From assembly GCA_004022145.1 (NCBI GenBank), contig RCNU01000004.1: a DNA stretch of 64,000 nucleotides, one strand, 5' to 3'. Shown in pieces: positions 50,644 through 62,963 of the stretch (positions are counted from its first letter, which is position 1; each line of letters starts with the position of its first letter). The notes beneath the pieces were generated by a model. That model was not told the DNA's origin and did no database searches. It saw only the letters and a program-made list of their open reading frames with translations. The stretch is from Paecilomyces variotii. Taxonomy: Eukaryota. Position numbers and translations under genes: made by a program.

Positions 50644-53600
50644 ATTTATCTTGCTGTTAAACTAGTAAGATTTGGAATTATTAGCTAGCTAACTAAGCTA
50701 TATAGGGGCCATATAATTAAGAGCTGAGCCTTATAGATAAGTTAGATAAAATAGGTAAATTAATTATTAACTAATCAGGATTCAGTATTAGGTATAGATC
50801 TTAATAATGCTAAGTTTATATCCTGCATCCCGTCAGATTAAGAAGTATATCTAGTTAGTTAGTTAATATTATTATCAGAGCATAAACTACAGCTAGTTTT
50901 AAGGAGATAGTTTGATTCTAAATACTATTTATTCTTGCATCTCCAACATGCAGCTATACGATGTGTATTAGTAGTACCATACGTACCGTGTATTATTCGG
51001 TTATGTCTGTCTTCCTTCATCGCCCGAGATTTTCGGCGTAATGCCGCAAAACAGAGTCCCGAGTCGAGAAAGACCCCTAATAGCGTAGCATATGACATGT
51101 CCGATATTGAAAGAAAAAAAAAAACATACTGCTGCCTGCCTGCATATTGCATTCGTGTCAGTGGTGACTACCGCATGCACATAGATAGCGGCAACACCTG
51201 AGCTTGGGCCATGATACACATCGGCTATACTGCGTAACTACTACGAAACCCATGTATGTCCTCGTACTCGTTAGCATGTTAGCATTGTCACTGTAGCATG
51301 GCTGAATGTGGTACTGCAATAATATTCTGGACCAAGTACCACCACATAGACCTTGCTAGTGCATGGGGAGATGAGATATTCTAGACGCCGGCAGGGGGCC
51401 TGAGAGTCGTATTCGAATCTCGATCGCAGGACGACCCAATCGTCAACATACAAACAGGAGTGCTTGATGATACAGTCTGTTCTCGGTGAGCTGTGGTATG
51501 ATTATGCGTCTATGTCCAGTTGTGGGAGGTAGGCCGGAGGGTGGCCGAAGAAGGTCCCTGTCTCCGAACTGGCCCATTCCTCATCGGTAGCCTGAAACCA
51601 AACATGTATGCAGAGAGCACATCGGAACGCTCCTGTCTCGCATCTGGATAACGTCTGTGTACCCAACAGAAGTCATGTCAAATCGGAAACAACAAGAGGC
51701 TCCTTGACATTTCCAGGTTGTCTGGCCTCGGGGACTTTGGTCTGTTGGGGACGGAGTGTATGTATGTATGTACAAGGGTTTGCTGGCCTGTATGGGATCC
51801 ACGTACCTACGTAGGACTTACTCAGGTATAACGTCTACGAGGAAATTGCCAGGCGAGCATGAAGTTCGACAGCAGCATAGGAAAGGGTTTCGAAGGACTT
51901 CTAGATCAGAGGCCTCCCCCACTTCCTCTTCTCTCAGGTCTCTCTGGTCTTGAGACTTCTCCGCCGCGCAGACTAGCTGATTGCTGAGCAGAATCAGAAT
52001 CGCTAACAGATGGTTCCAGTAGGATAGACGAGACACGGAGATAAAGTGTGGCTTACACGAATGGCCGAGACATCCGCATGAGGAATGCGCATTTGAGCAA
52101 CCTTGTGGATGCAGAAGCAAGGCATAAACGAACAAGTGGCAGAGCAGATACGTACTTCCTGGATCCGTGGCGGTGCAATTCGTGGATCTATGTATTATTA
52201 GGGTTTTCATGATTCCCATGTGCCGTGAGAACCAACCTCCACCAGTGGCTGAGTAATTGTTGTTGCTTACTCGTTCGTCCCGCACAATCGCAAAAAGAAC
52301 CCTCGATAGATTTGTGGCTGAGCAAGATACAATCGCACTGTCAAGATGCCGCTATAATAGACATCATTGCTATTGCCCAAGGATTGGCACTGCCAGCTGT
52401 CTCTACTGTGATCCAGTATTGCCAATTTATGATGCTGTATCCTGAACTTGTTCACGCTAATGACTACTCTAGTCCGAAAAACGAGTATCTTCTCCATGCG
52501 ATCGGTTGGAAAAGCCGACCGTGCCGTGTTGGTGATGTCAAGTGTTTGCCAGAGAACCCCACGGGGCATGGTTGGAGTCCAACAGGACAGCAATAATGAT
52601 CCCGGCGTTCCCGATGGGAAACGAAAACACAACATCGATCGGATATAGGTATCTGTATGGAGTCATCCACAGAAAGTACTTGCAATCACTGAGAAGGTAC
52701 CGACGTGAAACAGGCTCTCTCTCACCAGCCCCAGTTGCATGGCAGATCTATCCGAACCACACATGTCAAGCTGGCGGCGTTGACCTCCGATCTCCGATCC
52801 GTGAATTGGCCCAGATCAAAAGACAAACTCCCCAAGGGCCTGAATTGTGCAGAGAAAACAAGTAAAGAATGTGATGGTAGGAAAGGTCAGAAGGAAGAAC
52901 GGAGATCGTCAGGGCGCGATGTCAGGAAAGCTTGGTTGAACCAGAAAAGAGCGCGGGAACGGAACGGCAGTTATTCTGGTATTGTCCACGCGCTGGCGAA
53001 ATCCCGAGTAATTTAGATTAAGAGAAGATGAACACATCGGGGGGCTGCAATCCATGGCTCCGACGAACTCCCAGAAACCATGGAATAAACACGAAGGGAT
53101 GCTGAAGGCTGAAGTGAGACCTGCATGCCAACACGGTCGCGGGCTTCGCTTAAGTACTTAATTTAGGTATCTTCCCGAGCATCAAGATATGCACTACTTA
53201 TCTACTACCAATACACGGTCGCTGCGACCTTACACGGCTCCAACACCTCCAAAGCATCTAGATGGGTCTATTATGACTACCAGTAATTCAATGAAAAGGA
53301 TCTTAAGGATAACCAGTAATCATATTATGGATGAGGAGTCGCCCGTGGGCTATGACACGGAGTAAGTATATATATGTTGTGACGGCTGCAGACCACAGCA
53401 ACCATTATTAATTAAACCTGGATCGGTGCCCTCCCATACGGTGCCGGACGGATCCAGCTTGACAGACAAACAAAAGATGGATTCAAAGGGACAAGCCAAT
53501 CCACAGGATGCCCTGATGGCTAATGAAAGGATTATTAACAGTGAGAAGCGGATACGAGGGTGCCCTGCGCAAGGAGGTGGATATAGATCGACTTGGCTAA

Positions 53601-53739
53601 AACCAAGATATATCAAGCCCGTTCCGCGCCCCACACTGCAGGGACCATAGAGACGGATGAGCGATCGACAGGCTGGTCCACCGATGACTTCACATAGGGC
53701 TCGCGTGGGTAATTCGTGGAATCGGTTTTCTAGGAGCAA

Positions 53740-54948
53740 TCACTCGGCCTTCCCCTGGATTGCGGCCGCCGTCCACTGGCCCCGGCTGCCAGACTCGACC
53801 ATGTCGATACTGGCGTTTCCAAGTCTGCTGCGAGCCGACTTCAAGGTCTCCGCAGCTCGTCCAGTGGCAGTCGCGGACGCTGTTTCCTGGGCCCTGGCTT
53901 TGCGGGGCTTGCTACCGGATTTCTTGTAGGTCGCAATGTAGAAAGAGATGAACAGAACCAAGTACGAGCTGAGGATAACGCAGCCTGTCGCCGCAGCGAA
54001 AGGTTCTCCGCCGCACCGGCCGACGTGAGGTAGGCTCATCTCAGGGTGGATACTGGCAAAGTAGTCCCAGGTAGCGAAGTAGATGAAACCTGGGAGCAGG
54101 AGTCAGTTAAGAAAATAATTCATCCTGGGTGCTGTTGAGAATACACACCAAGGTCCAGGACGAACTGCGCAATCTGCAGGCGGGTGATCCACTCCTTCCA
54201 CCAGACACGAATGCCCCGGGCACTCTGGAAGTAGTACCAGTACATGACAACGTGCACCGTGAGGTTGAGTGTGATAGGCACCCATGAAACAGGGGTGTGG
54301 CCAACGAGCTGAGTGTAGCAGAGGAAGGCGGTAGCACCATGGTGGTAGGTGTGTAGGAAGGCTAGATGGCTATCAGTAACACGGCAGTTTCGTTGCGCAT
54401 GACAGGAAACACTCACTCAAAGGCTTCTTCTTCAGGACGAGGAAGACAGTATCAAGGAGCTCGACGTATTTGGTGAGGTAGTTGAGCTGGATGACCTTTC
54501 AGCGGGATTGTTCCCTTCGCGGGGGGGAAATAATACATACGTAGTAAAGAGTAACCAGCGGGTCGGTCCAACCGGGGTCACCGCAGATGCAGTTGTAGAC
54601 TCCATGCTTCCAGAGCGATGGAAGAAGCTGGCCCAGGAAGAGCACCAACAATGCACCACTGACTCCGGTCAGGACGAAGTTGTGGATCATGAACAAGGTG
54701 TTCAGCTTGAAGGGCTCACGCTTGCGCATGAATTCCCAACCGGTGTAGATGGTGATGTAGTAGAGGGAGATCATGATCAAGGTCTCCTTCAAAGTCGCCA
54801 TAGGCGTCTTTCCGGGGATGAACTTGAATTCATCAGCAGGATACCCCGTCACGGAGGTCCATGTCCGGTCAAACAAAGCCCATGGAGACGACTTGAGCAA
54901 GGCTGTGCTTGCTGGGCCGTAGAACGCGTCCAGCGAACTGGCAGACAT
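53740..54948 (-). CDS. Very-long-chain fatty acid elongase (GNS1/SUR4/ELO family), Elo2-like paralogue
   Basis: [33 protein letters not shown] (HxxHH), [31 protein letters not shown]; three introns. Confidence 0.94.
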
Positions 54949-57281
54949 AGCGAAAGGCGATTGATTGAATAAGCAACGATTGAGAGGAGATTAACTGGAT
55001 AAGGTACTGATGAACAGTTGTCTATGAAAGGACCACAGACCGGACGGAGGGGGTATTAACGAATGTTGGTCCTGGAGTTCCTGCGCGGCAGAGAGAAGGA
55101 AGAGGGGATAAATCGAAACCACAAGAACAGCGATATTTGAAGACTATATGGATGTCCACCGGGGAAAGAACGACGGTCAATCTCCGCCAACCGAAACTAG
55201 AAAGCCCGTAGATGAGCGAGGTGGGAAACCAAGATTAACCCAACCGGAGACCAGAAGTCGCCAGGAAGGATATATACTACTGTCTCCGTCTTAGGTATCA
55301 AGGACATCTCGTAAGGCGCAACAACTCCTCTGTATGCTGTGGCAAGCCAATTCCAATTTTGAGACCCACTGCATACCACGTATTGTCCCCTTGTCGTGCT
55401 CCATCTAGATACGGAGTACATCCTCACTTCAGCCAAGGGAGCCGGAATCTGATCTGCTATCTTCTGGTTTCGGCCGGCCTGCTGTCCTTGCAGACATATC
55501 TAGGGGCCTAGAACCCTCCTCAATGTTGGATTTCCAATCTACACGTTATCCAATCGCATGATGCCTGTCGATAAGATGCAGAGCACGGATACAATACAAT
55601 AATACGGTGATGCAACTGATCAAAGTACCATAGTTCCCATTGACCCTGACTTCATGCACAACTATCGGGATGCCCTCCACGGAATATGCTGCCGGAAGAT
55701 AAAAGTGGGACGCCAACATGCAACAGGTCATTTTATCTTGATGACATTGATCTCAGGCAAGAAGCTAAATCTTCTCGTGTACACGATTATCTATCATCCA
55801 TTGGGTTGCCAGGAGTTCACGTGGAGAAAGAGGTTTTAAAACAGGAATTCCCATGACCTCAGCTGTAAAATCCCACTGACTGACGGGCCGAGATATTGCC
55901 CACTCGGACTTGCTTACGCCGCTATACGAGCAACGAGTTATTATTATGTTACTCTCTGCAGGGCTGGCGCGAATGAACGTGGATGAACGTGCAACGCGAG
56001 ATCCCGGTGGGTCGTTGGAGCCCAGGTCCAGCTTTGAAGAAATCTTTCAAGTCATCTGGGATCTACTCCGTACTTAGTTTCGCGAATCCCTCTTTGATAC
56101 CGTTGATCTGCGTGACCCTCGCGAACAGTTGGAGATCAATATCACAGAGAATTGGAAATCATGCGTCATGGTATGTCAATAAGCAATCCATTTCGCTCGT
56201 ATCTCGGGTTGAGACCCGTTGGTACGGCATCAATTCTGTGTTTATCGGAATCAACTACTACCATCTCCCGCAAGGAAGACCCGTTAGCCTCTCCGACACC
56301 CTTGATTATTATTACTTCCCTAAAGGAAAAGGAATCGGACAGAAACAATGATAGACGGGGTCCACAGAATTATCCCGAAAATTAACTCCGTGATCCTGGC
56401 TCAACGTAACATTGGCCACATCTAAAATTGATATAACCTAGAACAAGCAAGCGAACTGCCCATTCTGTACAAAAGTACACTGGTAAGAACAAGGGAAGTG
56501 CCTTACTTGGTAGGCGCTGGACAGTTCCCACGCTATGATGTGAGCCGTCTTTAGCGTGATAGAGCTAACAGATCTCGGAGATCTAGAGTATGTACCAAGT
56601 TACCACCCGGAACGCCAACGATACGCGCCGTAACATACCGGCGTGAAACGTGACAATGTTACACAGTACCAATCTTACCGTCCTGACAGCCTTACGCTTT
56701 GCTTCCCTTCTAGAGCACTACACCGAGAAAGGAATGTCTCTCTGCCATGAGTAAACATTAGTTATTGCATTGCAGACGTGAGCTCATAGCCTCCACTCTT
56801 CTCGTTGGTCATGACTGCAGGCATCTTCCACAGCCCTTATGGACGCCACGCGCTGCAATTGAGACAGCCAGCTCCAACTTGGTCAACATGGACCCATGTC
56901 AGTGTGATCTACGACACGCCTGACGCCTTGTTGAAGTATTTGCCGCTCCCCTTAATTCGTGGCTCCAATGGATCATATCCACTGGTGAGGTCCAGAATCG
57001 GCCCCTACCTTGGATAACTGCAATGGATATGGTTCGTTTCTCGGAATTAGACCGGGAGCCCTTCCCTCCCTGTCATCATGTAAAGAAGGGAACGGAGCAG
57101 TCGTGGGCAGAACCACAGCTTATCCGGTCCTGAATATAAACGAGAAATTCCTCTTGATCCCCTTTTCACACTGGAGCCAACCCTCTTCTTTCTTTCAGTA
57201 TCGGGGCCCAGGGTCACTGCATGAACGTGTCCTGACTCTTGTATAGCATCCTTCATAGATCTTCGTTTCCAACCTTCTACC

Positions 57282-58916
57282 ATGGCTGCTCCAACCCCAG
57301 CCAAGACGCCGTATCAGGTGTCCTTCACAAGTCTGATACTCGCGTCCACTCTCGCTGCAGGTGTCGCGTCGAGGACGACATCTCTCGACACATTCACTGC
57401 CCTCCTTTGGACTTATGCAGTTGCCATCCCGGCCTGGGTCCTGTACAAGTCGTACATCTACCCTTTCTATGTTTCTCCTCTCCGCGTTGTCCCCACGGTC
57501 TCTGGATTTCCCCTGTGGGGTCAGTTCTTCGAGATTATCACAGAGGAAGTCGGTGTCCCTCAGCGTCGATGGCACAAGGAGCTGGGCCCGGTCGTCCGCT
57601 ACTTCTTCCCGCTGGGCGCGGAGAGACTGTCTATTGCGGACGATAACGCTCTGAAGCACATGATGGTCAAGAACCCGTACAACTTCCCCAAGCCGGTCCG
57701 GGCGAAGAAGTGGATGCTCCGGATCCTGGGCGAGGGTGTCCTCTTGGCTGAAGGCGGTGCCCACGTTCACCAGCGCAAGGCTCTGACTCCGGGTTTCTCC
57801 ATTGCGTCCATTCGTACTCTCGCACCCATCTTTTGGCGCAAGGCCATTCTGATGGCAGATCTCTGGGAACAGGAGATGAATGCGGCAAATGTCAAGACCA
57901 AGTCCTTCGAAGTCTTGGAGTGGCTGAACCGCACGACGCTGGACATCATCGGCGAGGCGGGTTTTGGTTCTGATATCAACTCCCTCGAGCATCCAGAGGC
58001 TCCTCTGCGTGAGGCGTACCGTGCTGTCTTCGTCTTTGATCTCGGGTCCAGAATCCTGCACGGCCTCCAGGCCTTCTTCCCTATGACCAAGTACCTGCCT
58101 GCAAAGATGAACCGCGACATGGAGTTCTCCCGCCAGATCATTCTCAAAAACGCTACCAAAATCATCAAGGACAAGGAGTCCAGCGTCAACCCCGCCGACA
58201 AGGACATTCTTTCGTTGCTCGTCCGCGACAACATGAAGCTTCAGGCTGCGGGTGAGAAGGGTCTTACCTTCGAGACCATGCGTGATCAGGTGATGACTTT
58301 CCTGGGTGCTGGCCACGATACCACCGCCACTGGTGTTGCCTGGACACTGCATCTCCTCTGCAAGCACCAGGATGTCCAAAACAAGCTTCGTGAGGAGATT
58401 CGGGCCCACTACCCATTCCTCTTCGACGATACCACCCGTCATGACCCCGAGCTCTTCAAGAAGATCGATCCAGACCAGCTGCCCTACATGGACAACGTCT
58501 GCCGCGAGTCCCTGAGATACATTCCTCCTATCCCCATGACCGTCCGCCAGTCCCTCGCCGACGACAAGCTTGGCGACTACTTCGTCCCCGCCGGAACCAC
58601 CATCTATGTTCTCGCCAACACCATCAACCGCATGCCCGAATACTGGGGACCGACGGCCAACACCTTCGATCCGGACCGCTGGGACCACCTCCCCGAATCT
58701 TACACGACCAACGCATTCATGACCTTCCTCCAGGGCCCTCGTGGCTGCATTGGTCGTAAGTTCGCTGAAACTGAAATGAAGACGCTGCTCTGCTCCTTGC
58801 TCAGCAAGTTCCACTTCGATCGGGACGAGTCCGTGACTGACCCTGAGGAGTTGAAGATGTGGCGGTTGGTGTTGCGGCCGCGGGACGGGGTAACGCTTAA
58901 GGCGACCAAGGTCTAA
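57282..58916 (+). CDS. Cytochrome P450 monooxygenase, intronless
   Basis: N-terminal anchor, I-helix FLGAGHDTT, ExxR (ESLR), PERF-like FDPDRW, haem motif FLQGPRGCIG; 544 aa. Confidence 0.95.
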   Translation: MAAPTPAKTPYQVSFTSLILASTLAAGVASRTTSLDTFTALLWTYAVAIPAWVLYKSYIYPFYVSPLRVVPTVSGFPLWGQFFEIITEEVGVPQRRWHKELGPVVRYFFPLGAERLSIADDNALKHMMVKNPYNFPKPVRAKKWMLRILGEGVLLAEGGAHVHQRKALTPGFSIASIRTLAPIFWRKAILMADLWEQEMNAANVKTKSFEVLEWLNRTTLDIIGEAGFGSDINSLEHPEAPLREAYRAVFVFDLGSRILHGLQAFFPMTKYLPAKMNRDMEFSRQIILKNATKIIKDKESSVNPADKDILSLLVRDNMKLQAAGEKGLTFETMRDQVMTFLGAGHDTTATGVAWTLHLLCKHQDVQNKLREEIRAHYPFLFDDTTRHDPELFKKIDPDQLPYMDNVCRESLRYIPPIPMTVRQSLADDKLGDYFVPAGTTIYVLANTINRMPEYWGPTANTFDPDRWDHLPESYTTNAFMTFLQGPRGCIGRKFAETEMKTLLCSLLSKFHFDRDESVTDPEELKMWRLVLRPRDGVTLKATKV

Positions 58917-60472
58917 CTAAACCCAAAAATAACATCATCATAATTATTATCATTACCACTCCGCAGCTAGGTCTGCTAATACCTTTGTTTTGGAGGTCGC
59001 ATGTCGGGTGTTCCCCATTTTCTTTATGTCATAATATAATAGCAGTTAGTACACAACGTGAAAACTCTGTATCTCTTCTGGTATATAAATATCCTCGAGT
59101 ACTATATTTTTCTGCTCCTATCCGTTCAATTTCAACCCGGACACCTCCATCGATCTTTGGTGAATGCTGCCTAAGTAGACACATTAAGTGATTTTGAAGA
59201 TTTCGGACCAAAGATAGGCTGTGAATAGAGATATTATGGCGATCGACCATGTAACCTGGAATCAGAGACCAGATCCTTTAGTCGAGATGAAACTGACAAT
59301 GAATCGTCTTCAGTATTATACAATTATTTGATCAAGCAGGAAAGAGCTGACGATGGCCAACTACCTACATAGGACTTACGATCCTGTGGAATCTGTATCT
59401 ACAGTTCCTGTTATGCGTCTTATCAAGATCGGTTATGTTAGACCACCACCCTCTCCCACTAGGCAAGCCAACATGTGCATAACCGACTCCCAAGTGAATG
59501 CATAATTTACAAGATGGAATATTCTCTCTCAATATACATCTACGTGACAGAAGCAACATGACAAAACAACAGTTTCCCATTCATATACATCGGAAAAGAA
59601 TAGGGAAAGAAAGCGGATTTGCCATAAAACACCGATTTATGCAATACACCACATGACGACTCTTGTTGCTCCTTTCTAAAGAATTTCTTCGCATAAAAGC
59701 TGATGATTCATGCCCTTGTCTGCCTTTCTGGAGTGGCATGTCCCTCTAGAATCGAAACGCACGAGAAACGGTACAAAAGAGATTTTGGTCTGTAGACATC
59801 TTGATCCTAGAGCGCGAGATGGAAAAGACGACGATGACGACGACGACGATGATGATGAGGAATGGCAATAAAACTCAGTGTAGTGGTAAATAAAAAGGGA
59901 ACAGCGAGCCGTTCCATTGGGGGTATCGTATTCCAGAATTATATAGTGATTAGATTAGACATAACCGTTCGATGACAGCCCGGATTGGAAAGAAACTCCG
60001 ACCGTGTACAGCCAGTAGAAGTAGATGAGTTAAGACGGAACATAGCCAGCCCCGCGGGAAAGGAAATCTGGAGGGAAACTGTAAGGGAGAGAGAAAATGT
60101 GATCAACGAATGTCTTGCTGGCGAGGCTTGATGGTCGTTGTCAATCCGGTATAAGCGATTGGAAGGATCAGGCGATGGGTATCTTGATGCAACAAGCCTG
60201 GTTTAATAATGAGACCCAGCTAATAAGGGTTCAGGAATGGTATAGGCACTCAAGAGAAGACCAGTCTCTGAGCCAGATGGAGAGGACGTGCTCGAGCATT
60301 CAGGTTTCAGAAATCGACAGAGCCGTGTGACGGATTTCAATGCTCGAAACGGGCCTTGGTGGACACCGTTAGCAAACGGTCAGATATGCAACGCTCCCAG
60401 GGGAAAAGGTGCCTGGGACCGCAGATTCAAACATCAAGCCACCTGCGGGCCGCGCTGGGGCTAATGCGCTAT

Positions 60473-62963
60473 TCAAGCGGCCTTCTTCCGGTGTACTTTC
60501 CATTCAGCTTTCGCCACACGCATAAAAAGCTCAATGTCCTTTACGGGTACCCAGCTCGTGAGGACCTTCATAGCATTTTCGAAATCGGACTCGAGAATAA
60601 TCTCGCGCATGCCATCAATGAGAGCAGCCGACGTTGCGTGCAAGACGTCCAGACTTCTTCCGAACGGGCTTGCTGCAGGTTGACTGCCATGGCCATCAGC
60701 GGAGCTCAAAGGCGGCTGAGACGACGCAGGAATGTCAGAGTCTCCTAGAAGCATGAAGACATCCCAGACGCGCAGTTGTGCTGGGAAAGGGATGGAATAA
60801 TTGAACAGCGTGAGGTACCAACGCGTCCCGTATGCGGTTGGTGGGATGCCCAGTTCGTTCTGTGCATGTTAGCAACCTGGTTTTTTCTCATACTGAACGT
60901 CCACGACTTACCAACTTGGCGGCTACCTCACCACCTGCAAGCCAATCTTTTTCGAAATCATCCAAAGCTTCCATCAATCCAGCAAACCCAGATCTATATA
61001 GGCGATCTAAGCCTCGCAGCTGCCACAGCCGAACAAGCATGATGAACGCGTGCTCTTCGTCGAAATAGGAAAGCAGGGTAGCCGCTAGTGCGGCCATACC
61101 TTGTACGTATCCTGTCTCAGGGAAATACAATGACATTGCGTGAAGTACTCGAAACAACAATCTTTGCCCGCCGCGGTAGCGTCTTCGAAACATGATGTGG
61201 CTACTGATAGTGCGAGGGACATCGATATCGATTTGAACGTCATCGGCTGAAGACATATGTTGGAAGTCATGGAAAGCTTGCATTAGCTCTTCCTCGGTGG
61301 GGCTATCGTCCCTTTTCTTTGCACTCGTGGCAAGGAATGAATACCAGGCTGTCGCTCGCCATCGGTCAGGTATTCCCTTCCATGTCCGCTCCATGAGTTT
61401 CGAGCTCTTGGTGTCGAATTCGAATGTCATGCCACCACCATCTGGGTTCGTCTTCGTAGGCTTAGCCATCTTTGTCCACTTCTCCTCTCGTTCCCATTCC
61501 TTTCTTCTCATGGCACGAGATGCAGGAGTGTCCACTTCATCGCTCGTTGCGACGGGTTCAAAGGGAAGCGTGAGCATATCGGCAGCCTCGTCTCTCAGCC
61601 TGCGGTCTCTGTTGTGTGGTAGGCGGTTGGTCGCATATCGAAATCGAGATGCTGACCGATGTAGCGATGAATACGCGCTTTGTGAAGATGTTGGGCGATT
61701 AGAAACGTCTGACATTTTTCGAGCAGGGGAACGCCCTGAGAAGGAACGATTGCTGGCGATGGTCGAAGGGGCGCGTCTCACAGTGTGTTTTCGACGGGGT
61801 GTTTCAGAAGCAAGTAGGAGACTCGTGGATACACGTTGGATATGGGGTTCTGCTGCACACTCCCCAGAATGAGCGTTGCACCGCGGGATAATAAACCCAT
61901 AACGGTCGACCTCCCCCGCCCGTATATCATGCCAGTCCTCGATACCTCCAGCCAGTTCATATGCCTCTCGTTTTATAGACCCATTGGTGTGCCCGACCGA
62001 AGTAACGCTCTTCATATCCGTAGACACATTAGCATCCGACCCGACGTCTGTTCCCCCTTCAGTAGGTGTGCTCTCCTCCCACAGCACTCCATTCTCAATA
62101 GCCATCGCCTTGGAGACCTCCGCGTCAGAGACATCTTCTTCTCCCTTCTCATACATCAGTCGAACGCGGCGCGATAACAAGTCCTCGTCTGCGGAGATTG
62201 CCCGTGACGCGCTACTTGTTGGCCGCAACCGGAGCGAGTGAGAAGATCTCATGCGCCTAGTGTCTGTCCTGTTGTCTGTCTTGTCTGTCCTGCGCACGTT
62301 GACTGCCGAGTCGCTCAGACCTGAGGACGTCATTGGTTTATTCTCTGAGGATGTTGAAGGTTTCTCCTCTCGATTGTCGTTGCTGACGTTGCTGACAATG
62401 CTGCCACGCTTTGAAAACTCCAGACCTGGTACTGAAAGGTCTTCGAAGGAGCCGGTTGGGATACTCAGCGTTATTCCACGAAATGGTGCTTCAACTGGAG
62501 GCGTAGGCGGTGGAGCCGTTTTCGCATCTGAATCAGTAGACGACTTTCTGCCCCTCAGACCAGCCCACCTCCGCTCTGACCAGTGCGAGCTGGGACGGCC
62601 GCTTTGTTCATCCACGACAATACTGGGAACACTCCTGGGCGATTTGAGGCTCTGCGCAGACTGACTATCCGCCGTTCGAATAGGCCTCAGTTCCTTCAAC
62701 GCATACATGGTCGCAATGCCAGAATCCTGCCTCTCAGCATGATCCGATTCGCACGCGGGTCTCACAGAACGGCCGTCTGACGATGGTGTACTGGTGCACG
62801 ATAGTTTTCGGTCGGGAGGTTGGTCGACCGGCGTAGGGGACGAAACGGACTTGATCTGGACAGGTGCCTTCGCTGCGACAGTGTCATCGAACGCGATGGC
62901 GCGCACGCTCGAGTCAACGGGCCGCATGGCGGAAGCTGACGAGTCTGGTCTCTGATCGACCAT
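60473..62963 (-). CDS. TBC-domain Rab GTPase-activating protein; N-terminus uncertain, may include an upstream exon
   Basis: VDRYGF, WKGIPDRWRATAW, QIDIDVPRT (R finger), GYVQGM (Q finger); intron about 60860-60910; YGTRWYLTLF...QLRVWDVFMLLG. Confidence 0.9.

Larger units (their letters stand above)
48829..50983. repeat. AT-rich tandem direct duplication, two ~1077-bp copies, heavily RIP-mutated
   Basis: ataactatattattaatacctaatatagttccc starts at 48829 and 49906. The copies differ mostly by C/T and G/A, e.g. tactatatata versus taccatacgta at the unit ends. Confidence 0.93.

Noticed and set aside
48829..50983. AT-rich block as a centromere, mitochondrial insertion or assembly duplication
   Set aside because: Only about 2 kb, no mitochondrial genes, and the copies differ by directional transitions typical of RIP, not sequencing error.
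51100..52700. Possible decayed gene between the duplication and the elongase
   Set aside because: Some protein-like fragments, but stops in all frames and no family I can recognise; needs BLASTX.
57195..58814. 539-aa antisense ORF over the P450
   Set aside because: Same shadow-ORF effect of biased codon usage; no independent protein features.
5900..58916. Starship or other autonomous transposon carrying the accessory genes
   Set aside because: No DUF3435 tyrosine recombinase, transposase or reverse transcriptase is present, and core genes are interspersed.
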